The notes: generated from the letters alone by a model not told the origin. Positions 1 through 9,150 are shown, counted from the first letter of the stretch. The stretch is 32,000 nt of DNA from Candidatus Nanosynbacter lyticus (GCF_000803625.1 NZ_CP007496.1:360001-392000); one strand, 5' to 3'. Made by a program: numbers and translations.

Positions 1-498
1 TTTCGCCATCAACTGAGCCTTAGCACCGGCAGCGCGTACCATTTGTGCACCCTTACCAGCGGTCAACTCAATAGCGTAAATCATCGTACCAACAGGGATA
101 GCAGACAGCGGCAGGCGGTTTGATGCCTCGATTGGCGCTTCCTCGCCAGTCTGAATAGTCTTGCCTTTGACCATCGAGGTGTCGGCCAATACGTAGTGGT
201 ACAAATTGTACTGATCTTTCACTCGAGCGATACGGGCTGAGCGGTTTGGATCGTACTCAATTTCTTCAATCGTCAGCGTCAGACCAGCCGGCAAATTGTG
301 GTTCACCAAACGGTAGTGACGACGAACGCCACCGCCGCGATGACGCACGGTGATACGGCCCTGGTTATTGCGGCCAGCATTTTGCTTTTTGGCTTTGATC
401 AGACTTTTGAGCGGTTTTCTTGTCGTGATATCCGACAAGTCCTGACTCGTCATGCCGCGACGAGCAGGAGTGGTTGGATTGTAAGCTTTCACTGGCAT
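1..498 (-). CDS. rplB: 50S ribosomal protein L2 (N-terminal part, runs off window)
   Basis: Reverse complement from ATG at 498 reads MPVKAYNPTTPARRGMTSQDLSDITTRKPLKSL...GRITVRHRGGGVRRHYRLV, characteristic of L2; follows rplW. Confidence 0.97.
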   Translation of the reverse strand, partial: MPVKAYNPTTPARRGMTSQDLSDITTRKPLKSLIKAKKQNAGRNNQGRITVRHRGGGVRRHYRLVNHNLPAGLTLTIEEIEYDPNRSARIARVKDQYNLYHYVLADTSMVKGKTIQTGEEAPIEASNRLPLSAIPVGTMIYAIELTAGKGAQMVRAAGAKAQLMAK

Positions 499-818
499 TA
501 CTTGGTCTCCTCCATCTGCTGCTCTACTGCGTCAAACACATCGAGCTTATCGCCTTCTTTCAGCGTCACGTAAGCCTTCTTCCAATCCTTGCGCGTTGTT
601 GTGCCAGGATAACGATTCTTGCCTCGTGAGAAACGCACAGCTTTGCCGTCTTGCACCAAGGTTTTCACCTTTAGGACGGTAACGTCAAATTGCGCTTCAA
701 CTGCTGCTTTGATCTCGTTTTTATTAAGGTTGAGCGGAACGCGGAACACGTACACGCCATTGGCGCTCTGTGCATATGCTTTCTCGCTAATGCGTGGGAT
801 AATTGTCATCTGTTTCAT
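498..818 (-). CDS. rplW: 50S ribosomal protein L23
   Basis: 106 aa, MTIIPRISEKAYAQ...YVFRVPLNLNKNEIKAAVE; L23 position in S10-operon order. Confidence 0.96.
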   Translation of the reverse strand: MKQMTIIPRISEKAYAQSANGVYVFRVPLNLNKNEIKAAVEAQFDVTVLKVKTLVQDGKAVRFSRGKNRYPGTTTRKDWKKAYVTLKEGDKLDVFDAVEQQMEETK

Positions 819-819
819 A

Positions 820-1419
820 TTACGCTTCCTCCTTACCCAGCCATTCAGTGATTACTGGCAGAGCTTTCGGGGTCATGACAATAGTATCCGCATTCAGAAT
901 GTGGTAGACGCTGAGGTAGCTCGCGCGAATCACCAATACGTTCTGAATGTTGTTTGTGGCACGCATCAATTCTGGCGTCTTTTCGTCGACGACGATCAGC
1001 ACGCGGCGCTCAAACTTGTTGTCAGCCAAGAAGGTTGCGACCTCTTTAGTCTTGCCAGTCGTCTTGATATCTTTGACGACGATCTTCTTCGCTTCATTGG
1101 CTACCGTCAAGGCTTGGCGAATTGCCACTTTCTTGGCGGTTTTAGACAATTTTTTAGTGTAGTTTTCGTTACCGCGTGGGCCAAATACTACACCACCGCC
1201 GCGCCAGATTGGGTTACGGCTTGAGCCAAAACGTGCTCGACCAGTTCCCTTTTGCTTCCATGGTTTTTTACCACCACCGGAAACTTCACCACGCTGCTTG
1301 GTGGTTGCACTTGCCAAACGAGCGTTGGCCAGGTAGCTGTCATATGCCAATTTCAACAGTTCGTGGTTTGGCACTTCAACAGCAAAAATGTCTTTAGGAA
1401 GTTTGGTTGATTCAGCCAT
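820..1419 (-). CDS. rplD: 50S ribosomal protein L4
   Basis: GGGKKPWKQKGTGRARFGSSRNPIWRGGGVVFGP L4 signature. Confidence 0.98.
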   Translation of the reverse strand: MAESTKLPKDIFAVEVPNHELLKLAYDSYLANARLASATTKQRGEVSGGGKKPWKQKGTGRARFGSSRNPIWRGGGVVFGPRGNENYTKKLSKTAKKVAIRQALTVANEAKKIVVKDIKTTGKTKEVATFLADNKFERRVLIVVDEKTPELMRATNNIQNVLVIRASYLSVYHILNADTIVMTPKALPVITEWLGKEEA

Positions 1420-2033
1420 TACTTGTTACCTCCTAAAATGATCAGCCCTTTTCGCGGCCCAGGTACAGCGCCCTTTACCCCGATCAGATTGGTCTCTGGA
1501 TCAACATATGCCACTTCCAGGTTCTTGACGGTAACGCGCTCGTGGCCCATGTGGCCAGCCATCGTCTTACCCTTGAACACTTTTTGTGGATACATCGAGC
1601 CAATTGAACCTGGCTTACGAGTATTACCTTTACCACCGTGCGTCTTGCGGTGACGCTTAAAGTTGTGGCGTTTAATGGTTCCAGCGAAACCTTTACCTTT
1701 GCTGGTTCCGGTCGCATCGACAGAATCGCCGACTTCGAACGCGGAAACGTTGATTTCATCGCCAACTTTGAGACCTTCAGGGATCTCGTCGACGCGGAAT
1801 TCCCGAATGTGCTTCGGGGTCACTTGGGCTGGCTTGACGTGTCCAGCCACGGCCTTGCTCAGGTTCTTACCCTCTCCATAAGCGACCTGTACCGCATTGT
1901 AACCGTCGGTTTCGACAGTCTTCACCTGAGTCACGGTGACAGGGCCGGCTTGGATCAGCGTCACCGGAATGGCTTTGCCGTCTTCAGCCAAGAGCTGGGT
2001 CATACCAAGTTTGGTACCGAGAAGTGTTTTCAC
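1419..2033 (-). CDS. rplC: 50S ribosomal protein L3 (GTG start)
   Basis: KTLLGTKLGMTQLLAEDGKAIPVTLIQAGP...GHMGHERVTVKNLEVAYVD. Confidence 0.98.
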   Translation of the reverse strand: MKTLLGTKLGMTQLLAEDGKAIPVTLIQAGPVTVTQVKTVETDGYNAVQVAYGEGKNLSKAVAGHVKPAQVTPKHIREFRVDEIPEGLKVGDEINVSAFEVGDSVDATGTSKGKGFAGTIKRHNFKRHRKTHGGKGNTRKPGSIGSMYPQKVFKGKTMAGHMGHERVTVKNLEVAYVDPETNLIGVKGAVPGPRKGLIILGGNK

Positions 2034-2182
2034 TTTTCCTCACTCCCACTTAAATACTCCTGATGACGTGCGGTTTCTGGGTTCTGAGTGAGGCGTTCAT
2101 GACAAACACTTCAACCATAGCCAGACCTGCTCATTCATCAAGGAGAACAGTTGATATTACGCGTAATAGAAATTACCTTGTG

Positions 2183-2212
2183 ATTGTAGCACAAAACATC
2201 GGTTAAAGTCAA
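2183..2212 (-). promoter_or_regulatory. predicted promoter of rplC unit: TTGACT-18-TACAAT with TGn extension
   Basis: Reverse complement TTGACTTTAACCGATGTTTTGTGCTACAAT; about 143-nt leader to rplC. Confidence 0.75.
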
Positions 2213-2217
2213 GTAGA

Positions 2218-2550
2218 TCAGATCATCACGCCCACTGGCGTAAATGAGGTCAAAATTGCCATCAAAATGAGGGTGACGTACCAAATTTTACGGTTAAATT
2301 GGTACTGTTCAATTTTGAGGACGAGGAGTAGCGCGACGAACAAGCCAACTGGCACCGCCTGCACCGTAAAAGTGCCTAGTTCAAAGGGGTTTTTGAGACG
2401 TAGCCACAGCGCGCTGAGGATGACAAATATCACCAATTTCAAAAAGAACGTGCCGTCATTTTCATAAATTCGCTCACGTCCTTTGCGGCTGAACAAAGCA
2501 CTGGACTTTGAGCGGTTGCGGGCGTAGGTACGAGATTTTTGTTTTGTCAT
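2218..2550 (-). CDS. small membrane protein with basic N-terminus, function unknown
   Basis: Internal ATG at 2550 (MTKQKSRTYARNRSKSS...) sits downstream of a -10; at least two hydrophobic segments. Confidence 0.7.
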   Translation of the reverse strand: MTKQKSRTYARNRSKSSALFSRKGRERIYENDGTFFLKLVIFVILSALWLRLKNPFELGTFTVQAVPVGLFVALLLVLKIEQYQFNRKIWYVTLILMAILTSFTPVGVMI

Positions 2551-2563
2551 AAGCTTGATGAGA

Positions 2564-2572
2564 ATTATAACA
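2564..2572 (-). promoter_or_regulatory. extended -10 (TGT-TATAAT) for the small membrane protein gene
   Basis: Reverse complement ATGTTATAATTCTCATCAAGCTTATG; 13 nt to ATG. Confidence 0.55.
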
Positions 2573-2573
2573 T

Positions 2574-2601
2574 AAAAAATCCGCCCCATTCAAGAGGCGG
2601 A
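2574..2601 (-). terminator. Rho-independent terminator after rpsJ
   Basis: Reverse complement TCCGCCTC-TTGAAT-GGGGCGGA followed by TTTTT. Confidence 0.85.
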
Positions 2602-2620
2602 AATTTCTAGCGCGTTAAAA

Positions 2621-2938
2621 TTACATACGAATTTCAGCGTCAACGCCAGCTGGCAAGTTCAAATTCTGCAAGCTATCGATGGTCTTTGGTGTGGCGTTGG
2701 TGATGTCAATCAACCGCTTGTGAACGCGGCGCTCGTAGGTTTCACCACCCATTTTGTACACGTGTGGGCTTTTTACCACTGTGTAGGTGCTGCGACGAGT
2801 TGGTAGTGGCACTGGACCAGCAACGTTCGCGCCGGTGCGAATTGCAGTGTCGATGATTTGTTTTGCTGATTGGTCGATGACTTTGTGGTCATACGCCTTC
2901 AGACGGATGCGGATTTTGATCCCGGTATCTTGAGCCAT
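2621..2938 (-). CDS. rpsJ: 30S ribosomal protein S10
   Basis: [39 protein letters not shown]. Confidence 0.98.
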   Translation of the reverse strand: MAQDTGIKIRIRLKAYDHKVIDQSAKQIIDTAIRTGANVAGPVPLPTRRSTYTVVKSPHVYKMGGETYERRVHKRLIDITNATPKTIDSLQNLNLPAGVDAEIRM

Positions 2939-3027
2939 AGCTCCTCCTTATGTGCAATCTCGTAACCTCTAATCATTCTACCGTACGAACAACCGAGTTC
3001 TCGAGATAAATTAGTAGTAACTAGGTG

Positions 3028-3056
3028 ATTATATCAATTTTCCTGGTCTTTATCAA
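3028..3056 (-). promoter_or_regulatory. predicted rpsJ promoter TTGATA-17-TATAAT with TGn extension
   Basis: Reverse complement TTGATAAAGACCAGGAAAATTGATATAAT; overlaps the 3' end of ldh. Confidence 0.8.
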
Positions 3057-3978
3057 GGTGGGCGATCATTCCACCGATGATCGCAGCGGAGTTATTTAGC
3101 GATTGCTTCTCGCGCTCGGTCAGTGGATAGCCCGTCAAAATTTTCACGCCGTCACAACAAATAATCGACGGTAAGCCCAGCACCACATTGTCCAGTCCAT
3201 ATTCACCCTCAGCCAGCGAACAGACTGGGTAGACTGTACGTGTTGACTGACGCAAAGCTGAAACGATTTTAGAGACCACAAAACCAATAGCAAAATACGT
3301 CGACTTCTTTGTCTCGATCACTCGGTAGGCGCGGTCACGGATTTTCTGCTCAATGCCCTCAATCATCTCCTCCGTAAAGCCTGGATATTCTCGAATGGGC
3401 ACCTCACCAACCTGCGCGGTCTCAATGGTCGAAAACGAAGAGTCGCCATGCTCACCCAAGATGTAGGCATCAACTGCTTTGCTATCGACGTTTAGCGCGT
3501 CTGCCAGGTATGACTTCAGGCGTGTGGTGTCCAGCGTCGTTCCCGTGCCGAACACTCGGGTTTTTGGCAGTCCCGATTCTTTCAAAGCTACATAGGTCAA
3601 GACATCAACTGGGTTACTGACGACCACCAAATACGGCTTGGCGCCACCAGCCATGATGTTTTTGACAATGTCACGCATGATACTGGCATTGACGCCGACC
3701 AATTCCAGTCGCGTCTGACCTGGCAACTGCGGCGAACCAGCGGTGATAACCACGATGTCATCGTCGTTGATATCAGCATAGTCGCCCGGGTGCACCACCA
3801 CGTTGCGGTCAAGCCCCATAGCATCGTTGATATCCGCCGCTTGACCCCACGCCAAATCCGCATTGCGGTCGATCAATACAATTTCTTCAATCACACTGCG
3901 CAGCGCACAAGCATATGCCGTCGTCGCACCAACCATTCCGCCACCACCGACAATCACCAATTTCTGTTTATTCACCAT
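3034..3978 (-). CDS. ldh: L-lactate dehydrogenase
   Basis: Rossmann N-terminus and AGSPQLPGQTRLELV (Gln at the LDH/MDH specificity position), ILGEHGDSS. Confidence 0.93.
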   Translation of the reverse strand: MVNKQKLVIVGGGGMVGATTAYACALRSVIEEIVLIDRNADLAWGQAADINDAMGLDRNVVVHPGDYADINDDDIVVITAGSPQLPGQTRLELVGVNASIMRDIVKNIMAGGAKPYLVVVSNPVDVLTYVALKESGLPKTRVFGTGTTLDTTRLKSYLADALNVDSKAVDAYILGEHGDSSFSTIETAQVGEVPIREYPGFTEEMIEGIEQKIRDRAYRVIETKKSTYFAIGFVVSKIVSALRQSTRTVYPVCSLAEGEYGLDNVVLGLPSIICCDGVKILTGYPLTEREKQSLNNSAAIIGGMIAHLDKDQEN

Positions 3979-4045
3979 ATCTCCTTTTTCTTTTTACGTT
4001 AGATGGTTTCATTTTGTCATAAACATTATCACTTTGTCAATTGAC

Positions 4046-4074
4046 TTTACTTTATGGCAAAAAACATGTATAAT
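4046..4074 (+). promoter_or_regulatory. predicted promoter TTTACT-17-TATAAT for the lipoprotein gene
   Basis: Good -10 and spacing; followed by SD GGGAGG. Confidence 0.6.
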
Positions 4075-4118
4075 ATCGTCAATCTATTAACTTTTACATA
4101 TTATCAATGGGAGGATAT

Positions 4119-4856
4119 ATGGAAAGAGGAATACAAACAAAGGAAGCGCCACGCACAGGCATCGCGAGAATGTATCGATCGCTTGCTACATTAGCTTTAC
4201 TGCCGTCATGCTTTTTAGCTGGATGCGCAGGAGAGAAAGGAGTTGACGCCGGAAGCTCAAGTTCAGCTCCATACAGCAGCTCTGAAACCGCTACGCCTCA
4301 GCCGGAAAATAACGACTCCGAAAAAGGAATAGATATAGAAAAGAATTCGATTTACTATTCAGAAAATGGCGTTCGAGAAGGGTTTTCAGCTTACTGTACA
4401 GCAAGAACCTACAACGGATTCCCCGAAATGGCAGACTGCTCAGTATACTTGTGTGATGGAGATGACACAGTTAGGTTTACATTTGATAATGTAAATTTCA
4501 CCGAACAAACCTATGGAAAAAGAGAGCCTGGGGTTTCGGATCTAATGAGTAAAACAGCTACATTAGCAACAGACTATAGATATTATATTCCAGCAGAAAC
4601 CTTAAAGAATACAGCTGAGTGCAAAGAGAAGAAAAGTAACGTAGGGCAATTCACTAAACCCGTATCTTTCCCGTACGGCGAGAATGAGCAATACCTCTGT
4701 CTTCCTCAATTTTCAACCACAAGAGACGGCAGGAAAATGGGCATGAAGGTTACAAAGACTACATCCGTCAACGAGGAGGATAATAACGGTCCACGCTATC
4801 CGCTCTATACATTAGATATTTCTGAACAATGTTTTAATCCGATAACTGTCGATTAG
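4119..4856 (+). CDS. putative lipoprotein, function unknown
   Basis: MERGIQTKEAPRTG...LATLALLPSCFLAGC signal peptide with lipobox LAGC, Ser/Pro-rich linker; SD GGAGG before ATG 4119. Confidence 0.75.
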   Translation: MERGIQTKEAPRTGIARMYRSLATLALLPSCFLAGCAGEKGVDAGSSSSAPYSSSETATPQPENNDSEKGIDIEKNSIYYSENGVREGFSAYCTARTYNGFPEMADCSVYLCDGDDTVRFTFDNVNFTEQTYGKREPGVSDLMSKTATLATDYRYYIPAETLKNTAECKEKKSNVGQFTKPVSFPYGENEQYLCLPQFSTTRDGRKMGMKVTKTTSVNEEDNNGPRYPLYTLDISEQCFNPITVD

Positions 4857-4881
4857 ATATGTACTATCACGACGACATCAA

Positions 4882-4907
4882 AAATCCCCCGGGTTACCGG
4901 GGGATTT
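4882..4907. terminator. bidirectional terminator between lipoprotein gene and tuf
   Basis: AAATCCCCCGG-GTTA-CCGGGGGATTT, 11-bp perfect stem. Confidence 0.85.
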
Positions 4908-4929
4908 AATTAGGCTTGTGCTACAGAGA

Positions 4930-6114
4930 TTATTTGTTAATCTTTGTAATAACACCAGCACCAACGGTACGGCCACCTTCGCGGATAGCAAAGTTCAAAC
5001 CTTGCTCCATAGCGATTGGGGCGAGCAACTTAACCTTGAAGGTTACGGTGTCGCCTGGCATAACCATTTCTTTGTCAGCTGGCAGCTCAACTTCACCAGT
5101 CACGTCAGTGGTGCGGAAGTAGAACTGTGGCTTGTAACCCTTAGAGAATGGAGTGTGACGACCGCCTTCTTCCTTCTTCAAGATGTATACTTCAGCTTCA
5201 AACTCGGTGTGTGGGGTGATAGTACCTGGCTTACACAAAACCTGACCACGCTCAATGTCAGAACGCTCAATACCACGTAGCAAGACACCTGCGTTATCAC
5301 CTGCTTGACCTTGGTCAAGAGATTTCTTGAAGGCCTCAATACCAGTCACAACTGATTTTTGAGTTGGCTTCAAACCAACGATTTCAACTTCGTCGTTAAT
5401 CTTAACAACACCCTGCTCGATACGACCAGTTGCCACAGTACCACGACCCTTGATTGAGAAAACGTCCTCAATTGGCATGATGAATGGCTTGTCCATATCG
5501 CGAACTGGCTCTGGAATGTAGCTATCCATAGCTTCAACCAGTTCCATAATAGCGTCTTCGTACTTCTCTTCACCTTCAAGAGCCTTCAAAGCTGAACCCT
5601 TGATGATTGGAGCGTCTTTGTCAAAGCCGTTAGCTTCCAAAAGCTCACGAACTTCTTCTTCGATCAGCTCGACCATTTCTTCATCAGCCATGTCCATCTT
5701 GTTCAAGAAGACAACCAGCTTAGGCACACCAACCTGCTTTGCAAGCAGCACGTGCTCACGAGTCTGTGGCATTGGACCGTCAGTTGCGGCAATAACCAAA
5801 ACTGCACCGTCAACCTGAGCAGCACCGGTGATCATGTTCTTAACATAGTCGGCGTGACCTGGCATGTCAACATGCGCGTAGTGGCGCTTTGGTGATTCGT
5901 ATTCTTGGTGTGAAGACGCGATAGTAATACCACGTTGCTTCTCTTCTGGTGCGTTATCGATCTGGTCGTACGCAACAGGTTTGTTAACTGCGCTTGGAAG
6001 GCGCTTTGCCAACACTGCAGTAATCGCAGCAGTCAGCGTAGTCTTACCGTGGTCAACGTGGCCCATTGTACCAACGTTAACGTGCGGTTTGCTTCGGTCA
6101 AATGCATCTGCCAT
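4930..6114 (-). CDS. tuf: elongation factor Tu
   Basis: [42 protein letters not shown]; SD AAGGAG. Confidence 0.99.
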   Translation of the reverse strand: MADAFDRSKPHVNVGTMGHVDHGKTTLTAAITAVLAKRLPSAVNKPVAYDQIDNAPEEKQRGITIASSHQEYESPKRHYAHVDMPGHADYVKNMITGAAQVDGAVLVIAATDGPMPQTREHVLLAKQVGVPKLVVFLNKMDMADEEMVELIEEEVRELLEANGFDKDAPIIKGSALKALEGEEKYEDAIMELVEAMDSYIPEPVRDMDKPFIMPIEDVFSIKGRGTVATGRIEQGVVKINDEVEIVGLKPTQKSVVTGIEAFKKSLDQGQAGDNAGVLLRGIERSDIERGQVLCKPGTITPHTEFEAEVYILKKEEGGRHTPFSKGYKPQFYFRTTDVTGEVELPADKEMVMPGDTVTFKVKLLAPIAMEQGLNFAIREGGRTVGAGVITKINK

Positions 6115-6193
6115 TTGTAGAAGTTCTCCTTATTTAATTATTATTTTCACGCGGGTACAGTCCATTAAAAAGACCTCACGGCGTATGAGTTTA

Positions 6194-6222
6194 ATTATAA
6201 CGGTTTTCTAATCAGTTGTAAA
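6194..6222 (-). promoter_or_regulatory. predicted tuf promoter TTTACA-17-TATAAT
   Basis: Reverse complement TTTACAACTGATTAGAAAACCGTTATAAT. Confidence 0.75.
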
Positions 6223-6226
6223 TAGC

Positions 6227-7438
6227 TTATTTCTTACTATAATACTTCGCCAAAAATGAATCACGGAACTCATAGAACATGCCATTTTCCAGACTTTCGC
6301 GAATGTCATCAACCAATTTGACGATAAATCGTTCGTTATGGATTGATAGCAACGTGCCAGCCAATGATTCGCGCGCATGCAAAAGATGACAGAGGTAAGC
6401 GGCAGTGTAATGGCGGCAAGTATAGCAGTCACAATCTTCCATAATCGGTTCAAACAGTTCGCGGTATTTTTGGCCGCGAACATTGACCCGACCAAACGGC
6501 GTGTAGGCGGCACCGTTTCTAGCCACACGCGTTGGACTGACGCAGTCAAAGGTATCAATCCCCTGTTCAATCGCCGCAAAAATGTCGTCTGGCTCAGAAA
6601 TACCGAGCAAATGCCGCGGCTTGTTTTCGGGCAAGATTTGATTGACCCACTGAATTGTCTGCGCCATGGTTTCCTTTTCTAGCGCACCGCCGATGCCGTA
6701 GCCATCAAAATCCATCGCACCTAGAAACTCAGCTGTTTGCTTGCGTAAATCTTCATAATTCGCACCCTGCAGCACGCCAAATAGCGCTTGATACGGCTTG
6801 TCGGGATGGGCTGCACGCAGACGTTTAACTTCCGCCAAACTCCGCTCCGCCCAAGCGTGCGTTCGCGCCAAGGCTTCCACTTGATACTCATACGGATCAA
6901 TCAGCGAGGTCAGCTCATCAAATGCGAAAGTAATATCCGCACCAATGCCCGCCTGAATCTGCATGGATAATTCTGGAGTAAATTTATGGTACGAGCCGTC
7001 GAGGTGTGATTTGAACACCACGCCATTTTCATCCACCCAAGCGTGGCGCGACGATTTTTTAGCGATGGCGATTTCCTCATCAACATCCGTACTCATCGCC
7101 AAAACCTTCTTAAAGCCCGAGCCCAAACTCAGCACCTGGAAACCGCCGCTATCAGTGAATGTCGGCCCTGACCAATTCATAAACTTGCCCAAATAGCCAG
7201 CCTTTTCAATCAGCTTGTGTCCTGGCTGCAAATATAGATGATAGGCGTTCGCTAGTACCGCCTGCGCACCGACATCTGCCACCATCTCCGGAATCATCGC
7301 CTTAACATTAGCCTTAGTTCCAACAACAATAAACGCCGGTGTTTTAATATCTCCATGCGGCGTGTGAATAATTCCGGTACGCGCCAGAGTGTCATTAAAT
7401 CGTGAAGTTATTTCAAAAGAAAAAGGTTTTTGTTGCAT
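6227..7438 (-). CDS. tgt: queuine tRNA-ribosyltransferase
   Basis: TFTDSGGFQVLSL, FDCVSPTRVARNG, Zn site CDCYTCRHY...; probable start MQQKPFSFEIT at 7438. Confidence 0.93.
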   Translation of the reverse strand: MQQKPFSFEITSRFNDTLARTGIIHTPHGDIKTPAFIVVGTKANVKAMIPEMVADVGAQAVLANAYHLYLQPGHKLIEKAGYLGKFMNWSGPTFTDSGGFQVLSLGSGFKKVLAMSTDVDEEIAIAKKSSRHAWVDENGVVFKSHLDGSYHKFTPELSMQIQAGIGADITFAFDELTSLIDPYEYQVEALARTHAWAERSLAEVKRLRAAHPDKPYQALFGVLQGANYEDLRKQTAEFLGAMDFDGYGIGGALEKETMAQTIQWVNQILPENKPRHLLGISEPDDIFAAIEQGIDTFDCVSPTRVARNGAAYTPFGRVNVRGQKYRELFEPIMEDCDCYTCRHYTAAYLCHLLHARESLAGTLLSIHNERFIVKLVDDIRESLENGMFYEFRDSFLAKYYSKK

Positions 7439-7448
7439 AATCTGTCTG

Positions 7449-7457
7449 ATTATATCA
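7449..7457 (-). promoter_or_regulatory. extended -10 TGATATAAT upstream of tgt
   Basis: TG comes from the TGA stop of the upstream ORF; 10 nt to ATG. Confidence 0.55.
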
Positions 7458-7961
7458 TGAAATGTCCTTAGGATTACCGCGCGACAAGCCAACAATGTCA
7501 CGAACTCTCACTAGATAAAGAACGTCGTCCTTAGAATTTTCCAATATCAGCATTGGCTCTCCAAGACTTAGTGGCAAATCTAAAATGTTTGATATTTTCT
7601 TAGTTAAATATGACGAGCCTTCAAGTTCTGGATTCCACAGCTCAACTTTATCCGCCCGTAAATTAAATGGTTCAGTCTCTTCGCCGACACCCACTTCTTT
7701 TAGGGTAGCGTCATTCCACGACACAGTACTCAGTAAATCACCAGGTAAACATCGATAGGCCATTACTACACATTCACCCTTAAACTCCCTCGGTTCACTA
7801 ATATTCCTAATGACACCACGAGACTCATCCTCGTATTGCTTTAATAACTCTAATTGCTCCTCCAAAGAAAAATCATAAAAAACCTCGCTATCAAATACTT
7901 CACTTACGTCCCGAGCAATATCATGCAGTAAATCAACAGCAAGCTCTAAGTCTTGCGTCAT
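7455..7961 (-). CDS. hypothetical protein (168 aa, acidic)
   Basis: Intact ORF overlapping the 3' end of the preceding ORF by 29 nt, same strand, no recognised domain. Confidence 0.7.
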   Translation of the reverse strand: MTQDLELAVDLLHDIARDVSEVFDSEVFYDFSLEEQLELLKQYEDESRGVIRNISEPREFKGECVVMAYRCLPGDLLSTVSWNDATLKEVGVGEETEPFNLRADKVELWNPELEGSSYLTKKISNILDLPLSLGEPMLILENSKDDVLYLVRVRDIVGLSRGNPKDIS

Positions 7962-9144
7962 TATTTAAGCTCTCAAATCTTAATAATTTATCGCGGCTAG
8001 GTACGGCGTATATTTTCCTTGATGAGCTACTTAAATCGTCATGAAGCAATAATTCAAGCACAGCATAAATGGCGCCGTCATACCTGACAAATTTCACTGC
8101 ATTAAAATAAGCCCTATCACTATCAATGAATTCGTACTGTAATTTATTATTTGCACCGCTTGGCGATATAACAAAACCTGAAAGACCAATAGCATCAAAC
8201 CCAAGCTCATCAGGCAGTGCTTTATTAAGCGTTTTTATGTGATTACGGACAGTATTTGAAAAATATGGCTCATCCGTATACTTAAGGTCTGTTGCCAGCT
8301 GCCAAGCTAATTGTTGAAACTCATCCGCAAAAACCGTCTCAAACAAATCATCACCCTTCTTATAATCATTCTCACAAATTGGCAGAATGTCAATTATGTC
8401 TTTTACATCGATGCGAAAAATCACTGAACTATCTTTTGGATCAACCATCTCCAAGATAGGACGATTATCTCGCCACACAAACAATGGCGCAGCTCCAAAT
8501 AATACTTGCGCTCTTGCCTCAACGTCAACGCCGTATTCAATGCCACCAGCTCTTCGTCTATACGCCCGACAATCTATTCTCACCTCGGTTCCCTGTGATA
8601 TATCACCCAGCACACCATTTAGGTCATCAATGAGACATTCTCTGGACGCAACATCCCTAATGTCATTTTTCTCAACAGCTTCCTGAGTTTTATCAACATA
8701 ATGACGTAACTTACGAATATATCGAGGCAATACACTGTCGTCTGGAAATAATTCTGCCGACAAAATAGCTTGCGGATCAAGCGGAAAATAATAATCATCT
8801 GGTCTATCATTTTCTACGGCACGTATACACAAGGCCGCCATTTTTTTAGTATAAATCGCAAAAGGTACTGGAGTCTCAGGATCATTTTCTAAAGATGACA
8901 CCAAATCGACCACGCCCTCAACAGCGCATAGATCATATGAACCATCTTCGGTCTGCCTGTAGCCAACAACCCTCGCTCGCTCGCCTTCAATTTCGTCTGT
9001 GCGCATGACTTTCTCCACATCACCAAGGGCCTCAGCCTCACTTTCCCCACCGAGGCATAAGTTTGCAGCAGCAATCTGTCGCCAATCATCTTTGGACAAT
9101 CGACCAAGTAAATCAATACCCGTCCCAGCTTTTGGTAGTTCCAT
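7933..9144 (-). CDS. hypothetical protein (~403 aa)
   Basis: Intact ORF; start at MELPKAGTGIDLLGRLSKDD (9144) proposed from promoter position and to avoid overlap with divergent glgB. Confidence 0.7.
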   Translation of the reverse strand: MELPKAGTGIDLLGRLSKDDWRQIAAANLCLGGESEAEALGDVEKVMRTDEIEGERARVVGYRQTEDGSYDLCAVEGVVDLVSSLENDPETPVPFAIYTKKMAALCIRAVENDRPDDYYFPLDPQAILSAELFPDDSVLPRYIRKLRHYVDKTQEAVEKNDIRDVASRECLIDDLNGVLGDISQGTEVRIDCRAYRRRAGGIEYGVDVEARAQVLFGAAPLFVWRDNRPILEMVDPKDSSVIFRIDVKDIIDILPICENDYKKGDDLFETVFADEFQQLAWQLATDLKYTDEPYFSNTVRNHIKTLNKALPDELGFDAIGLSGFVISPSGANNKLQYEFIDSDRAYFNAVKFVRYDGAIYAVLELLLHDDLSSSSRKIYAVPSRDKLLRFESLNNDARLRACC

Positions 9145-9150
9145 GTATGT

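Noticed and set aside
4918-5280. Plus-strand 120-aa ORF antisense to tuf
   Set aside because: Low-complexity mirror of a highly conserved gene; no SD or recognisable domain.
6208-6579. Minus-strand 123-aa ORF within tgt
   Set aside because: Alternative frame of tgt and the tuf promoter region; no supporting features.
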